Assembly: GCF_001194135.2 (NCBI RefSeq)
Contig: NC_068986.1
Location: forward strand, 105,698,361-105,762,360
Direction of reading: 5' to 3'
Source: Octopus bimaculoides
Lineage: Eukaryota
Length of the DNA: 64,000 nucleotides
Shown here one piece after another: positions 49,233 through 62,395 of the stretch (its first letter is position 1; each line of letters opens with the position of its first letter). Under the pieces are notes generated by a model that had not been told where the DNA came from, ran no database searches, and saw nothing but the letters and a program-made list of their open reading frames with translations. Made by a program: the position numbers and the translations under genes.

Positions 49233-50050
49233 GGTTTCGATTCCAGGACCGGGCAACGCGTTGTGTTCTTGAGCAAGACACTTCATTTCACGTTGCTCGC
49301 AAAAATGAGTAACCCTGCGACAGACTGGCGTCCCGTCTGCAATTTCCCCCCACCCCCACCCACGGGAGTTCCGGACCCCAACTATGAACTGATTTGCATA
49401 CAGCCAATCAGAGCTCAACTAGTGTCCACCTAGTCACTAAAATACTCTGGTTGAGTTCAGTGGAAAATGTGCGTTATAGCAAAATCTAACTGTTCTAAAC
49501 GGGTTAATAGGGGTAACAAATGTGAAATTTAGTGTATAAAGTGAATGGATAGCGAGAGAATGTAAATGAGAGTGTTTTCCTAATTTTTTAACTGATTTTG
49601 TACATTCCTAATTTAAAATGTTGGTGCTGATCTGGAAACATCGTAATCAACATGGCTTTGTGTCGTATTGCGCCCTCCTTGCATATATCAATGGGTACAT
49701 GCAGTATCACTAATCTCAGTCTGAGCATAGGTACCTAAAGTTAGCACCATATAGAGATGGTGCTCAATTGATCTATGAAGATGGTAGTGGGGGTGGAATG
49801 TGGTGCTTATATGAGACCTGCTATGCTGTACTCACAGTGTGGCATACACCATTCTATGCCAGACTGATTGTACTGTAGTAGTTACACAGTATGAGGATTT
49901 TCAAGATGAGCTCTGATTGGCTGTATGTAAATGAGTCCATTATTGGGGTCCGGAATTCTCGTGGGAAAAAATTTCGCGTCCCGTCCAGGTTGGGAATACA
50001 TACGCCATGGAAACCGGGTAACCAGCCCTCGTGAGCCTGGCATGCCTCGT
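49233..50050 (+). mobile_element. SINE family D' split by a 638-bp insertion
   Basis: ccctgcgacagactggcgtcccgtc | caggttgggaatac rejoin across the insertion. Confidence 0.75.
49338..49975. mobile_element. Non-autonomous DNA element, 59-bp subterminal IRs, 10-bp TSD gcgtcccgtc (Mutator-like)
   Basis: TSD at 49328-49337 and 49976-49985; IRs at 49359-49417 and 49907-49965 (7 mismatches by eye). Confidence 0.75.
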
Positions 50051-51223
50051 GAAGGAAATATAAACATAACTTAGTTGTTCGGCAGAAGAGACCGATAGAA
50101 TAAGTACTAGGCTTACAAAGAATAAGTTTTGGGGGTCGACTGCTTCGACTTAAAACCCTTTAAAGCGGTGCTCCAGCATGGCCGCAGTTAAAATTACTGT
50201 AACAAGTCAAAGAATAAATTAATGAAATTAGTGTTTTTTGTTTTTAAATTGAATAAAATGGCCGAGTCGTTAAAGCGTTGGATAAAATATGCTGCAGTAC
50301 TTGTTATGATACTTGTAATCTGCCTTTCTGAGTTCAAATTCAACTGAAGTCAAACTTCGAATTTTTTTATATTTTTTATCCTTTTGTGGCTGATGGTAGA
50401 TTGGTGGAACTGTATACAGGGGTGAACCCAGGATCAAAAGTTGGGTGGAGGGCGAGCACATGGAAAAAAGGTACTGTGACACATATCAAACACTTCTTAA
50501 TTCTTTGATTATATATTTTATAAATGGTGCCAAAAGTGTGCTCGGAAGGAACGGTCGCTTCCCTTGCTTCCCTGTTATTTACGCCACGGACTGTATGAAT
50601 ATCCGGAACTATTTGTTCCGAGCTGTCTGCGCTCTGAGATAAATCCCCCCGTGTAGCCTTTAAAAAGCATCCTCGTCAAATCGCAGGCCCTGCATGGAGA
50701 GTAAGGCAAATCCTCAAAACTAAGACCAATAGCTAATAAATGATTCTGGGCTGAGTAGAGGAAAGGGCGAATCTTCCAGCTGGAGCAATATGCGATCAAC
50801 TGAATATTTCAATGACTGACAGCAGAGTGAAAGAAAGAATTACAGAAAAGATTAATTAATTAATGAGTAAATGAAGGAAGGAAGGAAGGAAGAAAAGCAT
50901 GAATGAAAGGTTTTATTCTTATATTTACTGATCCTCTTTGTTTTTAAAAAAAATGTTATGTGTGGTAAGAAGCTTGCTTCCCAACAGCATATATCGGGGT
51001 TCAATTTCACTGCGTGGCACCATAGGCAATTGTCTTCTACTATAGCCTCAGGCCGACCAAAGCCTTGTGAGTGGATTTGGTAGACGGAAACTGAAAGAAG
51101 CCCGTCATATATATCTCAATAATTTTAAATAAAAGGGTAAAATTAATTAGTTAATTACTCAATTATTTAAGAATTTTACCAAGTAGTTCGATACGTTAAA
51201 ATAACCTTTTTAGGTAAAATTAT

Positions 51224-51463
51224 ACAAATATTCTATAATTATAAACATAATTATAATTAGGTGTCAGCTAATTGTTCGCCACGCACCGAATTTAGAAATA
51301 GGAGTTAAAATGCCTTTTCCTCTACCAAAAAAAGTGTTACTGTCTGGGAGATTTTTTATGGTAGCGGAAAAGGCATTTTAACTTCTATTTCTAAATTCGA
51401 TGTGTGGTGAAGCAATTAGCTCACCCCTGATTATAATCATGTTTATAATTATAGAATATTTGT
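51224..51463. repeat. Fold-back palindrome, about 240 bp
   Basis: acaaatattctataattataaacat..aaaatgccttttcc pairs with ggaaaaggcatttt..atgtttataattatagaatatttgt. Confidence 0.85.
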
Positions 51464-51743
51464 GGGTATATATACACACATAATATTATATATATATATA
51501 TATATATATAAGGTTTACAATTATTCAACTATCACTCTCTCATCCAAACATATATTAACTGTTTAGGTCTTAAGTATAAAGAAATATGAATATTATTCTA
51601 TGCTAATTTAGTTAATTGTAAGATAGAAATTAAAGTGTAATAAAATGTTTTAAAAGAAAACTGAAGTGCCTACATGATAATCGTAGGCCTACTTTTAGGC
51701 CACCCTGTGTGTGTGTATGTAAACATGTATGTATATATAAATA

Positions 51744-51789
<46 letters not shown>

Positions 51790-52149
51790 AATATAATATA
51801 CATATGTATTTGTATGTATATATATGTATACATATATATGTGTATCCCTACCACCACTGCTTGACAACCGGCGAAAGAGACCAATAGAATAAGTTTCAAG
51901 TTTTTAAACAAATAAAAACTGGGTCAATACATTCGACAAAAATGTCTTCAAGGTAATACCCCAGCATGGCCGCAGTCTAATGAATGAAACAGGTTAAAGG
52001 TAACAATATGGACTTGTAAGCGCAGCAGGCACGGTTGTGAGGTTAAGAACCTTGTTTTGAAACCCCGTGTTTCTAGGCTGAGTCTCACTGCGCAGCTACA
52101 GTGGGCAAATGTCTTCTACTATAGCGCTCGACTGACCAATGTTTTTTTT

Positions 52150-52360
52150 TTTCTACATTAAGCACAAGGCCCGAAATTTGGGGGGGAGGGGGTTAGTCTA
52201 TTAGATCGCCTCAGTACACAACTGGTACTTAATTTATCGACTCCGAAAGGATGAAAGGCAAAGTCGACCTCGGCGGAATTTGAACTCAGAACGTAACGGC
52301 AGACAAAATACCGCTAAGCATTCCACCTGGCGTGCTAACGTTTCTGCCAGCTCACCGCCT
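52150..52360 (-). mobile_element. SINE family B
   Basis: Family consensus match. Confidence 0.83.
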
Positions 52361-52869
52361 TCGACTGCTCAATGTTTTGTGAATTTGAAGGCCCGTTGCT
52401 TGCTNNNNNNNNNNNNNNNNNNGTGTATTTCTTTTTTTGTCCCTTTTACCGCCTTTGGCGATCGCTGTTGCTTCGTTTACGCCCCTGTGTACTAGCGGTA
52501 TGGCAAATGAACCAACAGAACAAATATCAAATTTACGAAGTTCTGTGGTCGATCCATTCTACTAAACCCTCCCAAGGCGATGCTCCAGCAAGGCCGCAAT
52601 CCAATGACCGAAACAATTATAAGACGAGCTATAAAAGATTATAAGGGTGCCAAAATTTGGGCCGGTTTCCGCATGCGTTCTTAGGAAACGTTAGGTTAGA
52701 TTAGGCTAGTTAAAAGTAGTCCGTGATGGTCATGACTGGAACACCTTTGATATTAGGTTTGTTCATTCAGAGTTGATCTGGAACTAAACAACAGCAGGCG
52801 AGGGAAATGAATAACAGCTAAATCGTCCTCAAATTTATGTCGTGCGTTCGTTAAACGATTTTTTTTCTT

Positions 52870-53100
52870 CTTCCAGACATCATCCAGTCAGGCTGATTGC
52901 CCGGGCAAGCCTGACTACCTCTCTCCATCAGTCTGGATCTTCCATTAGTGTTTTTAGGTCTTCAACTTGGCATCCAACATCTTATGCAAGCTGTTGTATA
53001 TGCGTCTTCCGTGGTCTTCCAGCCGCTGAGGTGTCATAATTTGGTGTCCACGGCAACCCATTACTCACAAGTTCTTCGCTAAACGAATAGATCCATCGTT
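52870..53100 (-). mobile_element. RTE/RTE-X LINE C-terminal remnant
   Basis: GRPRKTHIQQLA*DVGCQVEDLKTLMED..WREVV. Confidence 0.55.
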
Positions 53101-53439
53101 AACCGAATAGACACATTAAAAATATATAGTCTGCAATACACACAAGCTAAGCTAAAGACGGAATGGCCTCGAGTGAAATACTTTAGAATCTAAAGTATTC
53201 TATCTGGGACAATTCAGTCAAGGGCAAACTGTGGCCCGAGGGACATTCTGAATGGTACGCCAAGCAAAAATTTCCCTTGACGTTTTTTTTCTTTTATTTA
53301 TTTATTTATTTATTTATTTGTGGTCGTGTGGCCCGTCCGATCATGAGACATGTCTCATGCGGTCCGCTTCTCGAAAACCAATAAAATTTGCCCTTTCCTC
53401 ATTTCGATCACAAGTCTCTTTGCTCATTAAGAACCCCTT

Positions 53440-54075
53440 TGGGAACCAAATAGCCACCACCATCACAACAATAACAATCGCTAACTACAAACACTTCTAA
53501 ATTTCTTCGCCGCCATCATCACCTCCAATAATACCACCATTGCGATTGTCACTTTACTACTACTAATACTACTACTATCATCATCACTACCACCACCACC
53601 ACCACCACGTCCCATTATCGCTAGAATTAACACGTTAACTTCTTACTGCTACATTCCCTAAACCATTCAGCACGTCAAACCACTAATACCGCCACCATCA
53701 CCATTACGAAACACCGTATCACTTCTATGATTATTTTCTACTCTCACAGCCACCATTAACACTAATCTCATAGCGTAACGGGAAAGAGCTCGTTGTGTGT
53801 AGTGGTGGTGGTGGTGGTGGTCGCTGCCATCGTTGTCATGACAGTCGTTAGAGCAGCGGTGTAATCGCGGTGGTCGCTGAGGTGGAGTAGTGATGGTGGT
53901 GGTGGTAGTGGTTGTGCTGATAGTTGCGTCAAAAAAAAAAAATTAAATGTGGTGGGAGTGGTGGTGATTTTTGTCGTCATGTTAAAAAATGAGCGCAGAT
54001 TTTTATGATAACAAGAAAGAACGTGCTGGTGGGCGGGACAATACACGAAACAACCCCCACCACCACCACCACTCT
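53440..54075. repeat. Low-complexity (CAC/ACT)n block followed by a (GGT)n block
   Basis: Direct reading. Confidence 0.75.
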
Positions 54076-54752
54076 CTCCTTTAGCACACCTAACGTGGCC
54101 TGCATGACGACAACAAGGTGGGCGTGGTTATGCAAAACAGAAAGAAAAACAAGGTCTCAAAAAACAGCAAAAAGTAATTGATTTAACTTCGAACAAAGGA
54201 AGGGAGGGGCTTGGAGAATATCTTTGGTACCTGGTTTTTGTTACTTGATTCATTGATGCTATAAAAATAAAACATGAACGTCACAGAATCCCGTTCGTTA
54301 GAGAGTGTGATAGAATTTTTCGCAATATTTGCTTTCTGAGTTCAAATCCAGTTGCGGTCAATTTTGCATTTCATTCTACTAAGGTCGATAAAATGAAGAA
54401 AGAAAGTAACAATACAGGGTGATGGTTTGGCGAACGTAAAAACATGGGACCAGGTGCCTTTCGGTATTTAATCCGACTATCTTTCTCTGGGTTCATATCC
54501 CGCCGAGATCAATTTTGCCTTTCTTCCTTTTGAGGTCGATATATAAAAAACGCCGGTGGGTCACTGACACTGTATAAATATGGGACCGGTTGCTTTGCGA
54601 TATTTGTTCCTTCTTAACGTTGTAAGTTCAACCCCCCGCCACAGCCTACTTCGATGGTAGACCTAAAATGTTACCCGGTGTGACACCACCATTTGGCATC
54701 TGAGATACTTGTAACGGACACCACCCTGTTAGTTTAGAACGGTGTTTAGACG

Positions 54753-55068
54753 TGAAGGCGCGTGGCTTAGTGGTTAGGGCATTCGGCTCACGAGCATAAG
54801 ATCGTGAGATTAATTCGCGGCGACGCGTTGTATCCTTGAGCAAGACACTTTATTTCACATTGCTCCAGTCCACTCAACTGGCAAAAATTAGTACCTGAAT
54901 TTTGAAGGGCTAGCCTTGTCACACTGAGTCACGATGAATTTCCCAGATAACTACATTAAGGGTACACGTGTCTGTGGAGTGCTCAGCCACTTGCACGTTA
55001 ATTTCACGAGCAAGCTTTTCCGTTGCTCGTATCAGCTGAGACCCTCGTCGTCGTAACCGACGGAGTGC
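54753..55068 (+). mobile_element. SINE family D, full length (D head plus C-type tail)
   Basis: Head, CORE-like segment and tail ending cgacggagtgc. Confidence 0.87.
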
Positions 55069-55994
55069 TCCTATTATGGTGTTTAGTCATAGTCTTAGTT
55101 GGTTATTCACAATATTAGGTAGATTGCGTGCGAAGACAAGAATCACCACGCTAATAATTATTTGACTTTTCGCTCATTTTATAAACCCATGTCGTTTTGA
55201 CCTACGACCTCAGCCAGTATGTCTGCAGTATGTCTGTCTTTCTAGCTGCCACGATTATTATAAATACGGTAGTCAACAGACTGAGGAGAAAGGGAGGAGA
55301 AAGGCCTAGCAGGCGAACGAGCATGGTCTACGACACGACAGCTTTTCGCATAGACCCAGGGCAATGTTCGAAGTTCCACGGTAGACTACTGTCTCAGATG
55401 AACTACGAACACACACACACACACAAACATATTCATTTCTGACATAGCATTTCCACAGATGTATCCTGTTTCTATTTCTAGCAACTCGTAGCAGTTGTCA
55501 ACATTTTGCATGTAGTGAAGAATTGTGTGTACCAACGACAAATTAAGTCCAGTGAATAAATTATTTTAACTATGAATCGATTCACTCATTTGTTTACTTC
55601 AAAGGCATACACATTCCTTTTGCATCTGTTCACCATGATACACATTTAACCACTACATATACATACATATCTTTGCCATTATGTTAAACTGTCGTATGGC
55701 CAAATGGGTTTTTTTTTTTTCAATATTTATTTTTGCTTGCAAAAGCCGGTTCTTTTTTGTCAAACTATCGTATCTCCCACTGCTTCGGATGACAAGACAC
55801 CAAAAATTGTCAAAGTGTAGCACAACGGTTTTGCTATGAATGATGAAACTATTTTTTTTTTTCGTTTTCTGAAAAAGCAACGTTTTGGACTTATTTATCG
55901 TTGCTATTAGACAAAAGTATCATAATTCAATGAGAAAAGGTTCATGAAACAAGGAACATAAAAATTAGCAATTTCCTGTCACAGGATCCTTTCT

Positions 55995-56205
55995 ACTAAA
56001 GACACACGGGCTGAAATTTGGGGGAGGGGGGATTAATCAAATACATCGACTCCAGTGTTTCACTGCTACCTAATTTATCGACCCCCGAAAGAATGAAAGG
56101 CGAAGTCATCCTCAGCGGAATTTGAACTTAGAACATCAAGACGGACGAAATACCGCAAAATATTTTTCCCGGCGTGCTAACGATTCTGCCAGCACGCCGC
56201 CTTAA
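55995..56205 (-). mobile_element. SINE family B
   Basis: Family consensus match. Confidence 0.8.
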
Positions 56206-56239
56206 TTTTCCTGTAATATAATAGTAAAGTTCCTTCACG

Positions 56240-56455
56240 AATCATATAGACTCATAAAGCCGGTTTCCCCGTTTCCCGGCGTGTGTATTCCCCACCCGGT
56301 CTGTCGCAGGACTACTCACTTTTGCCAGCTGAATGAACTGGAGGAACGTGAAATGAATTGTTTTACTCAAGAACACAACGCGTCGCCCGGTCCAGGAATC
56401 GAAACCAATTTTACGATCACGAGTCCAAGACAAACCCATAGGCCACGCGCCTCCC
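56240..56455 (-). mobile_element. SINE family D'
   Basis: D head followed by ctgcgacagaccgggtggggaatac tail. Confidence 0.72.
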
Positions 56456-56464
56456 TGTAATATT

Positions 56465-56685
56465 GTTGTTGGCACACCGTCGCTTACGACGTCGAGGGTT
56501 CCAGTTGATTCGATCAACGGAACAGCCTGCCCGTGAAATTAACGTGCAAGTGGCTGAGCACTCCACAGACACATGTACCCTTAACGTAGTTCTCAGGGGA
56601 TATTCAGCGTGACACAGTGTGACAAGGCTGACCCTTTGAATCACAGGCACAACAGAAACAGGAAATAAGAGTGAGAGAAAGTTGC
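56465..56685 (-). mobile_element. SINE family C, 3' two-thirds
   Basis: Family consensus match. Confidence 0.85.
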
Positions 56686-57517
56686 GCTCCACTCCTGTAA
56701 TATAATACGTTAGTTTCATAGTTATTGAAGACGAAATAAGTAAAAGGAATTAAAATTGTTGCATATAATTAATGTATGTCATTCGACTCTACAATTTTGA
56801 TGAATACAACAAAAGCATGAGAATACAACTCGCTGAGGAAAGGTAACATACATACGTTCAGAATCTATGTTCGGTATGCGGTATTAACACAAAACGCGAC
56901 GTGGCCCATCATGGCTCAGATAGATGCATTTAAGTTATGTTAAATAATACTATGAAAGCAGTTCATAGTAGTGGAACACGAAATAAGTAGAAGGAATTTA
57001 AATTACTGCATATTATTAATGTATGTTATTCATCCTCAATAACTTCACAGTCCTCACGCATGCCATAAACTATAAGCGTTGAGTAACTAACTGTTCCGCC
57101 TTGGCTGAGTTCACCTTGGTGATGCAAACACCATAATCTGGGGACAGAGAGAAAATAGACACCGATGCAGAGAGTGCAAAGTATTCGGGTTGTCACACTC
57201 TACCCGCATTGCTTATCGCTGCGGATTGGAATATACAATGATAAACAGTATTGTTTGTTGCCACTTCAACGTGGCCGTTTCGTACGGCACTACGTTACTA
57301 CAATTTTTGTAACTGCAGGAAGACATCTTCTCCAGTTGGATAACGACACAACCTGTGTCCGATATATTGCGAGCAAGGGAGCGAACCCCTACCCTCTAGC
57401 GGTTGGACAGGATCAGTCGACCAGTCTGGTTTCAGGGTACTCACCTTCCTCATTATTGGACACCTATCTGTTAGATATGGCAGTCGTTCGTCCTAGCTTG
57501 CAACATATATTGGTTTA

Positions 57518-57748
57518 GTGCATAACTATTGCGGCTTTTTTTTCAAATTCTATTCAACAAAAACTAACACATAACAAAAACATCTTTAAATGATTATTCC
57601 GAAGCATATTCACCATCTACTTCAATTACTGCTTCCCATTTGCTTGGCAGACGGTCAGACAGTCATTTAAAGATGTTTTTTGTTAAATATTATTATTGTT
57701 TTTGTTGAATAAAACATTGAAAAAAACAAAGCCGCAATAATTATGCAC
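57518..57748. repeat. Fold-back palindrome, about 230 bp
   Basis: gtgcataactattgcggctt..catctttaaatga pairs with tcatttaaagatg..aagccgcaataattatgcac. Confidence 0.8.
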
Positions 57749-58359
57749 CAACCTAATAGAAAGATAAGCGATATTCAGCCGCTGATTTTGCAATGAGCAA
57801 AGTTGCTAGATCTAAAATCTTTATAAGAGATGCAAGTAGTAACAAAGCCGCAATAATTATGCACCAACCTAATAGAAAGATAAGCGATATTCAGCCGCTG
57901 ATTTTGCAATGAGCAAAGTTGCTAGATTNNNNNNNNNNNNNNNNNNNNNNNNNNNNNNNNNNNNNNNNNNNNNNNNNNNNNNNNNNNNNNNNNNNNNNNN
58001 NNNNNNNNNNNNNNNNNNNNNNNNNNNNNNNNNNNNNNNNNNNNNNNNNNNNNNNNNNNNNNNNNNNNNNNNNNNNNNNNNNNNNNNNNNNNNNNNNNNN
58101 NNNNNNNNNNNNNNNNNNAAACAAAGCCGCAATAATTATGCACCAACCTAATAGAAAGATAAGCGATATTCAGCCGCTGATTTTGCAATGAGCAAAGTTG
58201 CTAGATCTAAAATCTTTATAAGAGATGCAAGTAGTAACAAAGCCGCAATAATTATGCACCAACCTAATAGAAAGATAAGCGATATTCAGCCGCTGATTTT
58301 GCAATGAGCAAAGTTGCTAGATTTAAAATCTTTATAAGAGATGCAAGTAGTAACAAAGC
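57727..58359 (+). repeat. 116-bp tandem repeat spanning a gap
   Basis: Unit starts at 57727, 57843, 58122, 58238 and 58354; copy number uncertain. Confidence 0.85.
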
Positions 58360-58907
58360 TGAGGGAGATGTCCTCCTGGGGTCAAAAAATGGTAATTCCA
58401 AATGGAACAGCCACGTTGAAGTGGCAACAAACATTTTTCGTTATTGTTACTATTTACATTTTTTATAGAGATTTGAGAACTTGTAAACTACTTGTTGCAT
58501 AACAAAGTTTTGACCGCTACACAGAAACATGATGAAACTGAAGAAATACGTCTTGCGGGACGCTCTTCCTCATTCGGTCAACTACCTTTGTGTCAGTGTT
58601 TGTCGTTTCCCCACGCTGCTAGACACTAGATGTCGGTTTGTTTATGTCCCCGTAACTTGGCGTTTCTGCAAACGAGACTGATAGAATAAGTACCAGGATT
58701 TACAAATAAATACTGGGGTCGATTTGTCCGACGAAGACCCCCCTCAAGGCGGCGCCCCAGCATGGCCGCAGTCCAGTGACTGCAACAAGTCAAAGACGAA
58801 CGGCAAGAGATCGATCCCGTATAGAGATTGTTAAAATTTTTCAATCAAAGCTGGATCTTAACAATCACCAGGGAGTTGGTGCGAGAAGACGAAACGAAAT
58901 CAAAGTT

Positions 58908-59279
58908 AAAAACAAGAGCACTCAGAGAGTGCAAACTTCCACTAAGGCAACACCAACGTCCTCTCAACGATTAGCCAGAGATGATTTTTAAAATGAGAAT
59001 ATCTGAAATAAACTCGACTGCTCTTACAAACGAGAATACTAAAAATGAACCCGACCGCTCTCAACGATTAAGTTTTAAAAAAAAACTGGAAAAATAATCC
59101 AGAATCCTTGTCCGGTACCGGATCGATCCCAAAATCTGATCAGTTCATTCCAGCCACGTGGCCAAACATTCCTGAAAGTTTCATTCGTATTCATCCAGAG
59201 GTTCTTGAGATATCGTGTCCACGGACAAACAAACACGACTGAAACAATAACTCCGCCTTCGCTAAAGCGGAGGTAATAA
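58908..59279 (+). mobile_element. Non-autonomous element with a 3' hairpin (HINE/DINE-1-like, tentative)
   Basis: Starts aacaagagcactcagagagtgc; ends acggacaaacaaacac..ctccgccttcgctaaagcggaggtaat. Confidence 0.4.
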
Positions 59280-59289
59280 GTGGAACAAC

Positions 59290-59890
59290 ATCTCAGATCG
59301 AGAAATCCATGACGGCGATTACGACGACGTGAGCCAATCTTCTTGATTTATGTCTGGTTGGGGCAATTGCGAAGTTATAACTGGAGAATGGTGGGAAGAC
59401 GTTCGTGTGATGTCATCTACGCACGGGACTGTGTGTTTGTGCAGGTGTGAAAAATCGTATCGGTATAGGTTGAAAAGAATGACAGAGAGGTACTTCGTTT
59501 GAGAAAAAGCAAGTTCTGGAAGTGTTGTACTTGGTGGCCTGACAGGTTGTTCCTTAAGGAGTTGTTGAATTTTATTTATGAGTTGAGTGTGAAAACTGGG
59601 TCGATTGTAGCTAGAATAGTTTTGAGTAGGGTGTTTTTGTTGCTAAAACCACTGAATTTTCTGTATCAGATTTGACAACAGAATAGTTATTGTGTACACT
59701 AGAGGACGATTCGAATCTGTGTTGAAATTTTGGAGAGGGATATGCGGATTAGTTGGGTCGAAGATTAGCCTTTCTAGAATATTTGAGAGTGGTTGGTCCC
59801 AGAAGGATAAGAGGTCTGTTCAATATCAAGTCTTTTGGGCGTTTTGCTGAACTTCAAAATTATTGTAAGTTTGCCAAGTTTCGAGATTCT
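59290..59890 (-). mobile_element. Decayed LINE reverse transcriptase (I/Jockey-like)
   Basis: RPLILL..SNILERLI, LSVILFNLY, CVDDIT resemble RT domains. Confidence 0.55.
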
Positions 59891-59904
59891 AGAAATAATT
59901 CAAC

Positions 59905-60245
59905 CTCGTTGGCAAGTAGCTTGCTTACCAACCACATGATTTCGGGTTCAGTCCCACGACTATAGCCTCGGGCCGACAAAAGCCTTGTGAGAAGATTTGG
60001 TAGACGGAAACTGAAAGAAGCCCGTCGTGTGTGTGTGTGTGTGTTACCCCACCATCGCTTGACAACCGATATTGGTGTGTTTACGTCCCCGTAAATTAGC
60101 GTTTCGGCAAAAGAGACCGATAGAATAAGTACTAGGCTTACAAAGAATAAGTCCTGGAGTCGTTTCGTTCGATTAGAGGCAGTGCTCCAGCATGGCCACA
60201 GTCAAATGACTTGAAACCAGTAAATGAATAAAAGAGTAAAAGAAT
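59905..60245 (+). mobile_element. SINE family A
   Basis: Family consensus match. Confidence 0.85.
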
Positions 60246-60914
60246 AGGCCTTAAGTCTTATAACAGTATATTTCTAATTGTGCGTGGCTCTGGTGTTTTT
60301 CAAACTTTAGATATCCCTAACACGACTTGGGTATCTGGTTGAAAATAAGGGTCAAAATCGTGATCAAAGTGGAAGATTTGTATTTCCCTTTTGTGACCTT
60401 CGTGTGGTGTTTGGTGATTGATCTTTTTTTTTAAAGAAAAATCTGATAAAAGTGTTTATCTGGTGATGCAATGTAGATGTGTAATCTGAAACTGTTCCTG
60501 GTGATACGGAGTGCGGTTTGACTTATTATTATTGATAAGCTTAATGGTTCTATATATAGTTTTGCCTTTAGCATTGTAGTTTATCTGAGATACAAATCAT
60601 TGCCTGTTCTGTGTCTTTCAACAGATTAATTTCTAATTTTATTATGTGGTTGTATGAGATGTTGCTGTATTTTGGTGCTTGTCTCAGTAAAGGCGAACTC
60701 AGACAAGGCGAGTCAAGGCGAGACAGGTGAGTCTCTGGGTTGTTTTTGTTTTTACGATAACCTATTTTTGGTGTGGAATTGGGGTTATGTAGAATACAGC
60801 AGAAAAACTTCCCTGGTTTTATACTTTGGTTTTAGCCTTTAACAGAAACAGACTGAGCAGTTTCTTGTTTGATCCTGCGAGGAGTTGAACACCACTACTT
60901 GATGTTTAAAGATG

Positions 60915-61480
60915 CGCTTCAGAATGGCAAATAAGTTGGGACGAACACACAGCTTTCTTTCATTCCACTGGAACTGTTCAAGGATTCTGAGGGGAAATCA
61001 TGAAATTGAATGACACCTTTCGAACCTACTTTGAGTGAATGAACAATTGTAAGTAACCTCGGAGAACAGCCAACGATGGCAAGGATTTTTTTTACAGACC
61101 TTCGTGAGGGCAACAAAAGCTATATACAGTGACTGTCTGTTCTCTGCATTTTTCTTGAAGTCGAAGAGAGTAGATTACGTCAATTGAGATGCATTCGGAT
61201 TTGAAGCCACACTGAGACTTGAGGCAATCCTCCGTAGTCCGTTGAGGACCAAAATGAACAAATACCTTCCCGGCGATTCTCAACGAGTAGATTCCTCTGT
61301 AGCTGTGGCAATCTCTTCTACCACCTTTATTTTCGTTCAGAGTGGCGATGATGTTGCAGACACTCATATCCGATAGCAACGCTGGAGTGCCTTCTATCCA
61401 GCAACAGCATGAGAGTCTGTATAGGTGGCGTTACAGGATGTATGCTTCTGTCACCATCTTAACTCTTTCGTTTTGCCTTG
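60915..61480 (-). mobile_element. RTE (BovB-like) RT fragment
   Basis: ENKGGRRDCHSYRGI, SQCGF, YSLRLQEKCREQ, GCSPRLL, SGMKESCVFVPT. Confidence 0.82.
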
Positions 61481-62395
61481 GTGTTGTGGCATAACGACAT
61501 CAATATACGTCATGTTTGGTGATTTCAAATCGTGCCGCTGCAAATCAGAGAGTGATCCGTGTCACAGTCGGCCCTATTCTTCAGGTGGTAGCAACTTCTG
61601 AGTATCAGATCTGGTTGGTGCCAGTGTTTGAAGTGAGAATGTCTATCAAGACCGTACACACGCACACACTAATGGTCAGCTACTATATAAAGTATCCATG
61701 AATTACACTATTACCGTAGTAGAAAAAATTAATTATGCTTTTGACAACACGTCCTTAATTAAACATAATTTATACGCAATACGACATAAATCGGAAGATC
61801 AAAAATATATTTAAGCAACACATTTTTTCAGCACATCAATAACATCGAAGACGCTTCCCGACACATCGCTTCATAAAACCGGGTCCTAGGATTCGTTAGA
61901 ATATATATTCTCCCGCCGAATGCGATGCCGGTCCGTCGTAGACATCATCAACAGAAAGAGTTTATTTACATTCTTAGTTCATTCGCACTGTGTTTTTGGT
62001 GTTTTAAATATATTTACTTTTCTCCGTTTTACGTTGTGTTGACAAAGAGCAATGTATACAGAACAGTTAAACAGATTGCCCTCTCGTGTACGGCTCCAAG
62101 TCGCGGGATATGTAGAATGATAGAAAGAGGGATAAAGGGAGACAGATGCAAAGAGAGATAGAAATGCTATATCGACCGACAGACAGATGCCTACATACAA
62201 TGACGAAAAAGAAGATAGGGAAACAAAAACGATAGATAGGTAGCTGATCGGAAAAAAATAACTATGGTAGATATTCTGTATGTTACTTTTGCCGAACCGC
62301 TACGTCAAGAGCATGTAAACAAAGAAACATCGGTTGACAAGTTTAGCGAGAAACTCAAAACAGACACACACTATATATATAAGAGAAAGAAAGAA

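Noticed and set aside
54020-54140. GC boxes and an ATGCAAA motif as a promoter
   Set aside because: Short motifs in low-complexity sequence with no linked exon.
58119-58359. Extra 116-bp units after the gap
   Set aside because: The post-gap block restarts with the same A-run as the first unit, so it may re-read 57724-57928; true copy number is unsupported.
60260-60840. Possible AP-endonuclease half of the LINE at 59290-59890
   Set aside because: Only faint motif resemblance; too decayed to call by eye.
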